NCBI GenBank assembly: GCA_951406725.2
Contig: OX597819.1
Location: 47,058,001-47,122,000, forward strand
Source of the DNA: Octopus vulgaris
Taxonomy: Eukaryota
DNA length: 64,000 nt
Direction of reading: 5' to 3'
The translations under genes were made by a program, and so were the position numbers. Positions 1 through 12,849 of this stretch are shown here, in pieces. The notes beneath the pieces are model-generated. The model was given only the letters and a program-made list of their open reading frames with translations. It searched no databases and was not told where the DNA came from. Every line of letters starts with the position of its first letter. Within the stretch, counting starts at the first letter, position 1.

Positions 1-114
1 AAGAGTATGTGTGTTTGTAGAGTGCTCAACCGCTTGCACATTAATATCACGAGCATGCTTCTCCGTTGATCGGATCAACTGGGACCCTCGCCGTCGTAAC
101 CGACGGAGCGCCAG
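1..114 (+). mobile_element. 3' tail of a SINE (same tail as in 52891-53212 and at 30345-30550)
   Basis: Aligns by eye to 53101-53212 (GAGTGCTCA.CC.CTTGCAC.TTAAT...GATCAACTGGGACCCTCG...CCGACGGAG). Confidence 0.75.
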
Positions 115-527
115 TATTCTTATAGATTACGAAAAATTATAAAGAACTTATAAAATTTGGGAACCAAAGTTTTTCGTTTGTAACAGATAGCATTAGAAAA
201 TATTGCAAATATACAGGATTACTAAGTTATGGTTGAGCTGTTTTAAAACGATATTAAAATGTTTGTATTTTAATTAAGATTTCAATTTTAATTAATTATA
301 AAGTCTTTAAAATGGAAAGTGAAAATTCATCATTAAAAAAAAAGCATCCCCTTATAAAGTTTGTATTTTAACTAATATTTTGATTTTAATTAACTCTAAA
401 TCATATATGGGTTGATTAACCAACCTGTTTATAAGGAAATACAATGAATAATCATGACTTCAAATTTATTGCTAATTGATTAATGATAATTAGATGAAAC
501 ACAACTACATTTTTTTTTACACAGTAT

Positions 528-784
528 TTGTCAGAAAAATTCGATCGGTTTTTTTTTGGGGGGGGGTATACTTGGAACGCCATCGCCATATGTCTGAAGA
601 GGTAAATTTATTCAAATTTTGAAAAACGATGAACAAAAGATGTAGAGGAAGAATAGAGCTACAAAGAAAGCATAAAACACTACTATAGAAATATTTTTCC
701 TGTTATTTCAAATAACATTAACAAGGATTGCAAAAAAAATTTTTTTTAAGCGGAAAATAAAAGACGATCGAATTTATTTGACAA
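528..784. mobile_element. MITE-like element with 20-bp terminal inverted repeats
   Basis: TTGTCAGAAAAATTCGATCG (528-547) vs reverse complement of 765-784, TTGTCAAATAAATTCGATCG: 18/20 identical; AT-rich non-coding interior. Confidence 0.4.
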
Positions 785-828
785 TCTAATACATCTTTGC
801 AGATTTCGCATGGCAAAAAAACAACAAT

Positions 829-1256
829 ATTGTTTTCTACACTAGGCACAATGCCCGAAATGTTTGGAAAGGGGGCCAGTCGATTAGATCGAACCCAGTA
901 CGCAACTGGTATTTAATTTATCGACCCCGAAATAATGAAAAGCAAAGTCGACCTCCACGGAATTTGAACTCAGAACGTAAAGACAGACGAAATACCGCTT
1001 AGCGTTTCGCCCGGCATGCTAACGTTTCTTATTTCTTTACTGCCCACAAGGGGCTACACATAGAGTGGACAAACAAGGACAGACAAAGGGATTAAGTCGA
1101 TTATATCGAACCCAGTACTAGTACTTATTTAATCGACCCCGAAAGGATAAAAGGCAAAGTCGACCTCGGCGGAATTTGAACTCAGAACGTAGCGGCAGAC
1201 GAACTACTGCTAAGCATTTCGCCCGGCGTGCTAACGTTTCTGCCAGCTCACCGCCT
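829..1256 (-). mobile_element. Dimeric tRNA-derived SINE, family A (Meta-domain-like body)
   Basis: Head GGCGGTGAGCTGGCAGAAACGTTAGCAC, B-box-like GAGTTCAAATTCC, body GGTCGACTTTGCCTTT.ATCCTTTCGGGGTCGAT...AAGTAC; two bodies in tandem; more than 15 copies or fragments in the window. Confidence 0.9.
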
Positions 1257-1359
1257 TGCAAAAACAGCAATAACGAAGTAAATATGGTTTAGATGAGGTC
1301 TGATACAATTTATACTCCATTATTTACAAAAAATAATTATACTTAGATATAGAAATAGA

Positions 1360-1407
1360 TGTGTATGTATATGTCTGTGTGTGTGTGTATACATATATAT
1401 GTATATA

Positions 1408-1449
<42 letters not shown>

Positions 1450-1466
1450 TGTCTGTATGTATATGC

Positions 1467-1537
<71 letters not shown>

Positions 1538-1563
1538 CATACATACATACATACATACATACA

Positions 1564-1597
<34 letters not shown>
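1360..1597. repeat. Compound (TA)n/(TACA)n microsatellite
   Basis: Read directly. Confidence 0.95.
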
Positions 1598-1756
1598 CGA
1601 CGAACTCCTTTCAGTTTGTTTCCGTCTACCCACTCCACTAACAAGGCTTTGGTCAGCCCTAGGCTATAGTTGAAGACAGTTGCCAAAAGTGCTATGCATT
1701 GAGACAGAACCCGAACCATGTGGTTGGGAAGCAAACTTCTTACCACACAGCGACGT
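1596..1756 (-). mobile_element. SINE family B, 5' half
   Basis: Reverse complement of the head seen at 20792 and 27324 (CTGTGTGGTAAGAAG.TTGCTTCCCAACCACATGGTTC). Confidence 0.8.
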
Positions 1757-2730
1757 TAAAAGAGAAATGTTATCTCTGAACGACTACCGTAGTAACTTGC
1801 TTCTCAACGATGTACATAGAGGTAAGTATGTTACGTAGATGACAATATGAATTTAAAATTGCTTCAGTTGCATATGTCGGATTTTAATTCAGCCGGGCGG
1901 CTTTTCGCAATATTATTAAATACGTTATTAACTGTTTCCAGTAACGGAAGCAATAATTCTCGTCTAAGAATTAGGCTGGTTGTGAGAACACGTCATTTAT
2001 AATACCCAACTAGGCCGAAATGAATCTAACGTTCTCACAAGCCACTTGCCGGGGCAATTTTTCGTTTCCTCCTGATATGTATTGCATCTTTTATCACAAC
2101 ATCTTCATAAGAGATGTTGTCACTAGTCGAACACAGTAGTAACGTACCTGTCAACGATGTATATACATTAACTATGATACGTAAATAGCTCTTTTAAGCT
2201 GAAACCGGTGCAACATGAGTTGTGACCCAAGCTGTTGCATTGGTAAGGAAGCCAACTTCAGCTTATAGTGATCTCTATGTTATTAAATGTTTGAATATGA
2301 TGGCTTCATTTCACTTAGCACTTTGGAGTCATTTATCAGAGTTCATTCTGTTACAATCATGAAAAGGATCATATCCACAGCAATTTCTCCTATGAGTAAT
2401 CCGAGTCATTAAGTAAATGAAGTCCTATGCTTAATTATTAGAATAGCTGCACACTTATTGACTTACAGATGACACTAGTTGCAACCAACTTTTTTCAACA
2501 CACAATAAGAACTGGACATTGGACGTGTTGGATGTAAACGTGGCTCGAAAACTGGAAACGTTAGTTTTACGGTTTTGGGGTTTTTTTTTTTTTTTTGCAA
2601 TAGTGCAACTGTTTCATTCACACTGAATTCTCATCAGCGTAACATCGCAGGCATAATACGAACCATTTTCCTTCCAATTTAATTCACTGGTACCCTTTCA
2701 ACTAGTCCATCATCCGCTTCCACAGACACA

Positions 2731-2792
<62 letters not shown>

Positions 2793-3484
2793 CACCCACG
2801 TGCACGCGTACACACATGCATACTAACCTTTATATAACACTCACATACAGACACACCTGAAAGCGAACTAAAATACCTTTAAAAGTTCGTCGGTATGATG
2901 ATAATGGTATTGGACCAAAGAATTTTACTGGAATCGACGCGAAGTTATATAACAATAGACGCCGAAAATCTTTGTTACATGTGCGTGTGTATATGTGCTT
3001 TTAGCGAATGTTGGATGTATACATATGTGCGTGTGTCTGAATGCGTATGTGTGTGTATGAATGTATGTGCGCGTCTGTATGTTATATGGTTTCTCTATAT
3101 TGCTAACAGTTCTTGTAATCTGGAAATCATGACATAATAAAGAATGAACTCTTGAAGAATTATTTCTTTCGGAATTTGCTGTTGATATAGTTGTTGTTGT
3201 TGTTGTTGGGAATTCCTTTGTGTTCTTTCGACAGTTGTTATTGTTTTTGTTGTTGTTATTTCGAGGGAGGGTTTTTTACAAATTTTTTTCTTTGTTTTTG
3301 AATACCCACGAATGTATATATATTTTTTATACTCACCATTCCCTTTGAAATGAATAAATTACAACGATTTAATCAAACGATACTCAAGACACGATATTCG
3401 TGTTCTTAAAGAACTGTTCCTTTTCTCTTGTGTTTTTCCACTGAGTTCTGGTTCTTTTTATTTACACTCTTCCACCCTTTTGAT

Positions 3485-3535
<51 letters not shown>

Positions 3536-3687
3536 ATGGTGGTGATAGTGAAGGAAATAGTAGTAGTACGAATTGTGGTGGTAATATTAGTAGTTGTAGT
3601 TGTAGTAGTAATAGTAGCAGCAGCAACAGCAGAAACAGCAGTAGCAATAGCGTCAACAGCAGCAGCAAGAGCAGCAAGAGCAGCAGC

Positions 3688-3774
<87 letters not shown>

Positions 3775-3815
3775 GGTGGTGGTGGTGGTGGTAGTAGTGG
3801 TGGTGGTTGTAGTGG
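3485..3815. repeat. (GTA)n/(GCA)n/(GTG)n trinucleotide tract
   Basis: Read directly; explains the poly-Val, poly-Ala and poly-Leu ORFs. Confidence 0.95.
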
Positions 3816-4003
3816 ATAGTATGAAATAGACTTTTCTAGAAAGAAGTAATTATATAAATGAATATATTGAGAGCGAATGTTATGAATAAAGAGTCTCCCT
3901 GACTCAAGTATAAAATGGCATACTCAATGACACGAATACGTCCAAGATTAATCTTTTGATATGTTCCCTATTAGTTCTTTGTGGTTAGTTTGGGACAATT
4001 AGT

Positions 4004-4046
4004 CCACTAACGTTTGAGAGACGTTCCTGGTCTCGTCATCAGATGG
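4004..4046 (-). ncRNA. Decayed hammerhead-like motif
   Basis: Minus strand CCAT-CTGATGA-C-GAGAC(CAGGAAC)GTCTC-TCAAA-CGTT-AGTGG; the GAAA box is mutated. Confidence 0.3.
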
Positions 4047-4249
4047 AAGCAATGGTTATGATATGCTGTAGTATTTTTATACCGTAGGTCGCAACGGATA
4101 GTGAGAATACCGATGCAAATCGCCAATACTTGTTTTAAAAGTTATATCGACAGTTGTATTCAGGCAAATAGCATGATTCATTTCGCGTGTGGCGCTTCTA
4201 TGTATCTGAATGTTGGTTTTTTAATTATATTTTGAAATTAGTAAAGAGT

Positions 4250-4490
4250 GGAGGCGCGTGGCTTAGTGGTTAGTACTATGATCGTAAGATTGTGATTTCC
4301 ATTCCTGGACCGGGCGACGCGTTGTGTTCTTGAGCAAAACACTTCATTTCACGTTGCTCCAGTCCACTCGGTTGGCAAAAATGAGTAACGCTGCAATGGA
4401 CTAGCGTCCCGTCCAGTTGGGGAAAACATACGTCATAGAAACCGGGAAACCGGGCCCATGAGCCTGGCAAGGCTTTAAAAAAAGGGTGCA
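4250..4490 (+). mobile_element. tRNA-derived SINE family C (CORE-like plus V-like domains)
   Basis: A-box TGGCTTAGTGG; CORE-like TTGTGTTCTTGAGCAAAACACTT; V-like GC.ATGGACT.GCGTCCCGTCCAG; further copies at 9420, 30891 and 32690 (minus). Confidence 0.85.
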
Positions 4491-4499
4491 TTTATTTGT

Positions 4500-4790
4500 G
4501 GAGGCGCAATGGCCCAGTGGTTAGGGTAGCGGACGCGCGGTCGGAGGATCGCGATTTCGATTCCCAGACCGAGTGTTGTGTGTGTTTACTGAGCGAAAAC
4601 ACCTAAAAGACCCACGAGGCTTCGGCAGTGGGTGGTGGCAACCCCTGTTGTACTCTTTCGCCACAACTTTCTCTCCTGTTTCTTGAGTAACGCTGCGATG
4701 GACTAGCGTCCCGTCCAGCTGGAGGATCACGTACGCCACAGAAACCGGGAAACCTGGCCCATGAGCCTGACTAGGCTTGAAAAGGGCGAC
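4500..4790 (+). mobile_element. tRNA-derived SINE family D (same V-like 3' half as family C)
   Basis: Head GGAGGCGCAATGGCCCAGTGGTTAGGG...TTCGATTCCC; copy at 14315-14610. Confidence 0.8.
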
Positions 4791-5316
4791 GTTAGTTAGT
4801 AAAAAAAGCTTTCTTCGTTATTCTTCTCAATTTTTATGGAACCCTATGTATAATTATCAACTAATGGGTCCTCGTTATAAATGCATGACTACCGAGAAGA
4901 AAGAATCGTATTCATGACCGAAGGGAGTCTCAGCAAGGCTGATTTGAAAGAGATCTAGCTGTTATTTTTGTAGGCCTGGTAACAACGTGGAGACTCACCC
5001 ATCATTAGCTCGTTGTGAAATAGTCATTCTTTTTTTTTTTTTTTTTCGTAGTTAATCCTGTATTCTTTCCTATCAGAATTCCATTCATATCTTGGATATA
5101 GTATAGGAATCAACTCCAATATTTTGTATTTTATTTGACCAGGCCCAAAAAACTGAAAGAAAAAAATTGACTACGGCAGGATTTGAACACTGAACGTAAT
5201 GGAAAGTAACTAAATACTACAGAGTATGTTGTCTGCCACTCTAACAATTAACCCAAATCACTGCTTCGTTTATGTTCTCAAAGTAATTCTTTTGCATGAG
5301 TATGGGAGAATGTGTG

Positions 5317-5348
<32 letters not shown>

Positions 5349-5849
5349 TCTTCTGTCATAGTGGTGGCGTTATTGTTACTGTTATTGTAGTTAATGATAA
5401 TGATAAGGATAATGATGATGTTAATGATGATGATGATCATCATCATCATCGTCATCATCATCATCATCATCATCATTATCGTCATCGCTACTATTATTCG
5501 TTACTGTTGTTAACAATGTATTTTGAGGTTATTATATCAAATACAGTCACTGTTGTTGTTGTTGTTGCTGCTGCTACTGCTGTTGTTGTTGTTGTTGTTG
5601 TTGTTGAACACCAGGTCAATACTGATCGAGCAGATTAATGATCAAAGCTATTCATCCGTGACCATCACCTCTTTTTAGAGGTCTGTAGGTTCAATTCATT
5701 ATTTAAGACAACAGGTTTGGGACAGCTTCTTAATGTTGTTGATGTACGAGTTGCTGCTTTTACTGTTGTTGTTGTAGTTGTTGTTATTCTTGATGGTGTT
5801 ATTGCATTTGACATGTATGAACTTGTCGTCGCTGTTGTTGTTGTTCTTC

Positions 5850-6336
5850 TTGTTCCAGTCAGGACTCACGCCATTAGCCACAAAAAAATTATCTCTAATT
5901 CGAGCCTACTCTAAGCTACTAAGGATGCGTGCGGCAACTTGAAGATCCACCCACCACACGCGATAGACTGGTGGCTGTACGGGCGCGAAATCTATGTTGT
6001 TATCCTCATTCCGTAAACTGTGGCTTTTAACGGGTGGCGAGCTGAACCATCCTGTGGTACAGAGGATTCGCAATCTAGACTAGGGTCTGACAGTTTACCA
6101 CACCATAGTGGGTTACACCATGGTTCCTCTGCTTTGTGGCAGAAGTAAGAAGAAAGAGTGAGAGAAAGTTGTGGTGAAAGAGTACAGCGGGATTCACCAC
6201 TCCTCCATCCCCACCGGAGCCTCGTGGAGCTTAGGTGTTTTTGCTCAATAAACACTCACAATGCCCGGTCTGGGAATCGAAACCGCGTTCTTACGACCAC
6301 GAGTCCGCTGCCCTAACCACTGAGCCATTGCGCCTC
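5850..6336 (-). mobile_element. Family-D-headed SINE with a different 3' half
   Basis: 6140-6336 is the reverse complement of the D head and body; the sequence then diverges from the other D copies and runs to a (CAA)n tract. The 3' boundary is approximate. Confidence 0.65.
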
Positions 6337-6419
6337 CACTGTTGTTGTCGTCATTGTCGTCATCGTCGTTGTTGTTGCCCACCGTGAAGTTTTTTCTTAT
6401 TGTTATTACTGTCATTAAT

Positions 6420-6765
6420 CTACCGAGGTCGACTTTACCTTTCATCCTTTCGTGGGTCGATAAGTTAAGTACCAGTGAAACGCTGGAGTCGATATAATCA
6501 ACTAATCCCCGCCCCCACCCCAAATTCCAGGCCTTGTCACTTTAGCAGGAAGGTTAATACTGTCATTAATAAGGCGACGAGTTGGCAGAATCGTTAGCAC
6601 GCCCAGGCGAAACGCTTAGTGCTCTGAGTTCAAGTTCCGCCGAGGTTGACTTTGCCTTTCATCCTTTTGAGGTCGATAAATTAAGTACCAGTTACGCACT
6701 GGGGTCGATGTAATCCACTAGTCCTCTCCCACCAAATTTCAGGCCTCGTGCGTTTTGTAGAAATG
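6420..6765 (+). mobile_element. Two tandem SINE family A copies (first 5'-truncated)
   Basis: CCGAGGT.GACTTT.CCTTTCATCCTTT bodies near 6423 and 6640. Confidence 0.8.
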
Positions 6766-6846
6766 ATTATTATTGTCATTAAGGTGGCAGGCTAGCAGAA
6801 TCGTTAGCACACCTGACAAAACACTTGGCAGCATTTCGTCCGTCTT

Positions 6847-7066
6847 TGCGAAGGGGTGTTGAAAAGTTCCTGGCTTTAAGGGTGTTGCGAAAGGCCTGGT
6901 TGGAGGCCCAACCTTCACAGTTCTTTTACAGAGCTTAGAAAAACTAAAGGACCAATTGCAATAAATGTATGAATCTGAGGGGGGAATATGTTGAATAAAA
7001 TCATAATTAACTGATCCTCCTGTATTGCTTTTACTCAAAACCGGGAACTTTCAGAAGCCTCTTGTA
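6847..7066 (+). mobile_element. Mariner-derived MITE, copy 1
   Basis: Termini GGGGTGTTGAAAAGTTCCTGG / CCGGGAACTTTCAGAAGCCTC; interior encodes a mariner C-terminus-like KCMNLRGEYVE*. Confidence 0.75.
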
Positions 7067-7108
7067 TATACATGTGGGTGTGTGTGTGGGTGTGTGTGGT
7101 GTGTGTAC

Positions 7109-7152
<44 letters not shown>

Positions 7153-7184
7153 GTATGTATGTATGAATGAATGTATGTATATAT

Positions 7185-7405
7185 TCGGGATATGTTGAAA
7201 AGTTCCTGGCATTAAGGGTATCGCCAAAGACCTGGTTGAAGGCCCAACCGTCCGAGTTCTTTTACAGGGCTTAGAAAAACTGAAGGATCGCTGCAATAAG
7301 TCTGTGAATCTGAAAGGGGAATATGTTGAATAAAATCATAATTAACGGATATTTCCTGTATTTTCTTTTACTCAAAACCGGTAACTTTTCAGCACCTCGT
7401 CGTAC
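7185..7405 (+). mobile_element. Mariner-derived MITE, copy 2
   Basis: Direct homologue of 6847-7066 with the same termini. Confidence 0.75.
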
Positions 7406-7582
7406 GTTCTGAGTTCAAATTCCGCCCAGGTCGACTTTGCCTCTCATCTTTTTGGGGGTTGTTAAGATCAGTACCAATCAAGTACTGGGAGGTGGGGGAG
7501 ACTTCGATATAATCGATTCCCCTCCCCTTAAAAACTGATGATCTTGTGCCAACATTATTGAAACCATTATTATTACCATTAA

Positions 7583-7808
7583 AGGCATCGAGTTGGGCGA
7601 TTTATCAACGCATAGAACAAAATTCTTAGAAGCATTTCTTTCGCTACTTTACCTTCCGAGTTCAAATTTCGCCGAAGTCGATTTTGCCTTTAATCCTTTC
7701 GGGGGTGGGGTCGATAAAATAAGTACCAGTCGAGTACTGGGGACGATGTAATCGATTACCCCCCACCAACACTAGAATTGCTGGCCTTGTGCCAAAACTT
7801 GAAACCAT
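7583..7808 (+). mobile_element. SINE family A (diverged)
   Basis: GAGTTCAAATTTCGCCGAAGTCGATTTTGCCTT...AAGTACCAG. Confidence 0.75.
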
Positions 7809-7832
7809 TATCGCTGCTGTCATTGTAGTAGT

Positions 7833-7914
<82 letters not shown>

Positions 7915-7964
7915 ATAGTAGTAGTAGTAATAGTAGTAGTAGTAGTAGTAGTAGCAGCAGTATT

Positions 7965-8069
<105 letters not shown>

Positions 8070-8418
8070 TGTTGTTGTTGTTGCTGCTGCTGCAGCTAGA
8101 AAAGGAGGATTTCAGGGTTCAGTTGATATCATTGTAATAATGATTGTTTTTCTCCTTTTCTTTATTGTTGTCGTTGTTACTGTTATTGCTGTTGTTGTTG
8201 TTGTTGTTCTTCTTCTTCTTCTCCTTCTTCTTCTTCTTTTTGAAGATTTTGCTGCTGCCCCTGCTGCTACCGCTGCTACTGTTGCAGAGAAAAAAATATA
8301 TATTCTGTGTTTAATTCCCAAGAATGCAAACTTGGCATGAAATTAGCTGTGAAGTTTCGGCTCCAACAAACAGACCACTCAACCCTCACACACACACACA
8401 TACCCACACGTGACAATA

Positions 8419-8450
<32 letters not shown>

Positions 8451-8609
8451 TACCCACACGTGACAATACACACATACACACACACACACACACATACCCA
8501 CACGTGACAATACACACATACATTCATACATACATACACATACATATACACATGCATACATACATACACACACAAACAACGGCAGCAATTGTACTCACAT
8601 CATTAGCAT

Positions 8610-9400
8610 CAATACATCGCGAGCCATTCTGTAATAAAGGTGAAACAGTATGGGATATTGTAAAGGAGTGTACTAAACTGGCCCCAAGAAGAATACAAAA
8701 GAGGACACGATAAGGTCGTAGGAATGATTCATTAGGTGTGCGGCACGTATGGATTGGATATAGCAATGGCATTGAGTGAGGCGAACCCCAGAAGCAGTAA
8801 TTGAGAGTGACAAGATAAAGATACTTTGTATCTTTACCTTGGAATGAACCAATGTAGTCATGAAATTAAACATCGAAAACCAGATGTAGTACTTGTGCAT
8901 AAAAAGTTTATCTGTCATAGATATAGAATGCTCTAGTAATGACAGGGTATCGAAGAGTCTTAGGTGAGATATGATGATTCACTGAAAGCCGCTAGTGTGT
9001 AGGTGAGGTTCAAATAAATAAAGATCATTTAGCGCAAGCATTGACCCTCACCACCACCACCACATATAGACAGCCAGTGTAACTAAAGTGGATTCTTAGA
9101 ATAATTTTATAAACTTATCGTGAACATGTGCGCAGATTTTTATTAAAATACATTAGGTTTTTGCTAGATTAGAGTTGTTTTCTCTAATCTAATTAAAGTA
9201 AAAAGACTGTGGTCATTGAAAAAGGTGAGTGTTATAACCTGCTACTGTAAGTAGCAGATTAGTCTCATAAATTGGTTTGAAAAGATTGGGGTAAATGTAA
9301 AGACGGGGCATCTACATAAAGCAGTGTTGTTTGGAAACTGCACGAATCCACCACAAAGTTTATGACATCTGAGTGAAAAGTGTTACCTTAGTCCTTTGTC
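8610..9400 (+). mobile_element. R4/Dong-clade non-LTR retrotransposon 3' remnant (zinc knuckle plus restriction-like endonuclease)
   Basis: Frameshifted translation gives GETVWDIVKECTKLA, EEYKRGHDKV, PEAVIESDKIKIL, HRKPDVVLV, VIDI and HKAVLF(G)TARIHHKV, resembling the R4/Dong LQKAVLLGTARILRKVL terminus. Confidence 0.75.
8978..9181 (+). mobile_element. maT transposon 3' fragment nested in the R4 remnant
   Basis: Closely matches 12599-12790. Confidence 0.75.
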
Positions 9401-9419
9401 TAAAGCCAAATAACTCATT

Positions 9420-9660
9420 GTGGCGGTGTGTGGCTTAGTGGTAAGGGTGTTGGACTCATGATCGTAATATTGTGGTTTCGATTTCTGGATAGGGCGACGC
9501 GTTGTGTTCTTGTGCAAAACACTTCATTCCACGTTGCTCCTGTCCACTCAGCTGGCAAAAATGAGTAATTCTGCAAGGGACTGGCGTCCCGTCCAGATGG
9601 GAAATATATACACCATAAAACCGGGAAACCGGCCCTTACGAGTCGGTATGAGCCGAGAAG
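9420..9660 (+). mobile_element. SINE family C
   Basis: Homologous to 4250-4490. Confidence 0.85.
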
Positions 9661-10149
9661 ATAACTTTACTTCTTTCTTTAATGACTCATTGTTACATTG
9701 TCCAGTAAAATTACTGTATAAAATAATGATAACTAGCGGGACCCGTGAATATTTCACGGAATTAATGGTAAACTTATTGGGTTATTTTTGAAAACTTTAT
9801 CCAAAAAACCTGAAAGTGTAGTCTGTATCAAAAGATAGTCGCCCATCTGCTAATCATTGAAAAGAGAAGGAAATTGGAATACGATGATTACTTAATGCAG
9901 TTTATATGTACACTTTATATACTTTATGTTCAATTTTATAGACTTAATACACAGCACTCTCCCTCCTTCTCTCTCACTCTTCCCCTTAACCTCTTTTTCC
10001 CTCTCATTTTCTTTCGCTCTTCGCCTTTTCCTTCAACTGATCGCGTAAAAGCGTCACAGATGGGCTAAGTAACGGAGAAAAAAAACTTAGTAAAAAAAAA
10101 GAATTTAATATTTCATTCACCAACACCTCTCGCTCCCCATTTCTCTCCT

Positions 10150-10268
10150 CTCCCGAAAGGATAAAAGGCAAAGTCGACCTAAGAAGAATTTTAACTCAGG
10201 AGGTTTGACGAAATGCCGCTAAGCATTTTTGTCCAATATGCAAACGACTTTGCCAGCTCGCTACCTTA
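10150..10268 (-). mobile_element. SINE family A fragment
   Basis: CCCGAAAGGATAAAAGGCAAAGTCGACC...TGCCAGCTCG. Confidence 0.75.
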
Positions 10269-10537
10269 ACAAGGACGACAACAAACACCATATCAACAAA
10301 CGGTAATACTTTCGACAAAACAATAAGCCACAAACAAACGGGAATTATAAAAGAAACAAAGATAAATCAAAGAAACAAAGGTGAACCAAAATTATCACTA
10401 GATGGCGTTGGTATCTTTGGTGAAGGCTTCAAAAGCTTGTTTCAGAATAAAGAAAAAAAAATCACTTTGTGAAACACTAATTATATCACAAATATTCTCA
10501 CACATACAGTTCTTGAAATAGGTATGTATATGTGTAT

Positions 10538-10580
<43 letters not shown>

Positions 10581-10817
10581 TGTGTGTGTGTGTTTGTATG
10601 CGTGTGAGTGTGTGTGTAAGTATATATGTATGTATGTAGGTAGGTAAGTCGATATGTATGTACGTAGGTAGGTATATATGTGTATGAATTTATATATATA
10701 TATATATACATACATGCATGAAAATACACATACAGACATACACACATATATATACACACTCACGTATATGTATTATAAATATATGTGCACGCACACATAC
10801 ATACATATAGCATATTC

Positions 10818-10875
<58 letters not shown>

Positions 10876-10885
10876 ATGTGTGTAC

Positions 10886-10939
<54 letters not shown>

Positions 10940-10976
10940 ATGTGTGTACGTGTATATATATATATATATATATATA

Positions 10977-11182
10977 GCTGATTGGCCAGTGCCATGAATG
11001 TGGATACCAACAAAAACGAAGAAAGGTATTCTTAATATCACACAGATAAATTCTTGGTGTCTTAAAACTACCTACAGCATGGAGGGAAGGCAAACGAAGG
11101 TCTTACTACAAATGCAATGGATTCCATTAGAGACGACGAGACGCATAACATGCACAATGCCATGAAGACCGATGGTTGTTCG
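10977..11182 (+). mobile_element. Possible RTE-type LINE 3' remnant inside (TA)n
   Basis: Translations [14 protein letters not shown] and MDSIRDDETHNMHNAMKTDG loosely resemble RTE ORF termini. Confidence 0.3.
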
Positions 11183-11294
11183 CATATATTTACACATACG
11201 TATACATGCATGTATGTATGTATGTATGTATGTATATGTGTGTGTGCGCGCGCGTATATATGTATGTGTGCTCATACATATATACATATGTATG

Positions 11295-11356
<62 letters not shown>

Positions 11357-11879
11357 CGTATGTGTGTGTGTGAAGTTGACTCATTCCTTAACTGCTCGGA
11401 ATCTTAAGCATAAAATGTTCATTAAGGCTCTCTGAGAGAAAAAAAAAATCTCAAAATATCTATTGTGTTGTGACTACACAAATGAATGAATTCTTCTATA
11501 TACATTGCACCATACCATCATTCCCCAACTCAGGAATGAATCTGCAAATTAATGTGAAATACTGATCGTCTCAAAAACCTACAAACTCTTTACCCTAGAA
11601 ATGTAACGAAATATATTTCTTGCAGTTACTTGTACCCATTAGACGCTGTTTGTCTCTTATATAGGGCGCGTGAAGTATTTGAGGGCACTCAATTATCGGC
11701 ATAATGTTCCCTTCAAATCAATTAAAAGGTATTTATTTATTTCAGATCCCCCATTACAGATAAAATGCTAACGGAGATAGTGAAAGAACATGTGATTATT
11801 GTTGTTAAATGTGCAGAATTTTAAAATTGCCAACTTTTTAAATGTTGCAAAATTCATTTGTACACAAAGTTCGGATAGA

Positions 11880-12830
11880 CTTGGAAGTCTCTAGCGGGAA
11901 TGCTTCAATTGTATCAAAGAATAAAAGAGAGACATTCTAAACATTCAGACATTATTTGGACATCGCAATTCATTCAACTTTTCCAAAACATTATCGCCAA
12001 AGAGCTTCAGGTGTCGGAGTGGACTATCTGAACTGTTGTACACGAAGACATCCTATACGAGTTTTATGTACTGAGTAGAGGAGAATATAGACATAGGAAA
12101 ACCGTTTAATCCGTGCCAAGTGGTTACAAAATTAAAATCTCTCACGAACATGGCATGCTTTAATTCTTCACAGTTGAGAAAAACTTAGACCAAGACCAAA
12201 AGTCTAGCAGGAAAATGACAGATATGTGCAGATCGTTCCGATGTTCCCTGAGTGATGTGCACTAAGTTTCCAGCAACTATGATGATTTTAGGAGTGTTGA
12301 GTAACAAAGGTCATGCCACCTCACATCTTTCCACGGGGTCTTAGAATCAATGCTGCCAGAGACATTTGTTATGTCCTGGATGGTTGAAGTGCGAAATGGA
12401 AGACCATTCGTGTTTCAACAAGACTCAGAACCTTCTCACAAAACCTGTGTAATGCAAGAATGATTGTCAGACAATATTTATGATCATATAACTTCAAACT
12501 TGTGGCCTCCAAACTCGCCAGATTTAAATCGCATGGACTACCCGTGTTTGCGGAGTTATTGTAAGGGAGACAAATCGGTGTTCACATAATACCATAACTT
12601 CACTGAAAGCCGCTAGTCTGCAGGTGAGTTTCGAATAAATAAAGATCATTTAGCGCAGGCATTGACCCCACATATAGACAGTCATCGTAGCTAAAAGTGG
12701 ATTCATAGAATAATTTTATAAACTTATCATGAACATGGGCGCAGACTTTTATCAAAATACATTAGGTTTTTGCTAGATTAGAGCTGTTTTTTAAAATTAC
12801 AAAATATGTCCATAAATACTTGTTTTATTT
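11880..12830 (+). mobile_element. Decayed maT (DD37D) Tc1/mariner transposase
   Basis: FQQDSEPSHKTCVMQE*LSDNIYDHITSNLWPPNSPDLNRMDY (12413-12541) has 37 residues between the second and third catalytic D; KFPATMMILGVLS lies upstream. Boundaries approximate. Confidence 0.85.
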
Positions 12831-12849
12831 ACATAGATATATATTAGTT

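Larger units (their letters stand above)
6782..7570 (+). mobile_element. SINE family A interrupted by two mariner-derived MITEs
   Basis: Head 6782-6846 ends ...CGTCTT and resumes at TACGTTCTGAG near 7404. Confidence 0.8.

Noticed and set aside
2603-2643. Minus-strand CTGATGA...GAAACAGTT
   Set aside because: Core boxes and a stem II are present but stem I does not pair; at best heavily decayed.
3331-3346. Minus-strand ATG|GTGAGT splice donor or possible microexon
   Set aside because: Only a weak AAG acceptor and no partner exons identified.
4250-4320. tRNA genes at SINE heads
   Set aside because: A and B boxes are present but there is no full cloverleaf, and each continues into a SINE body.
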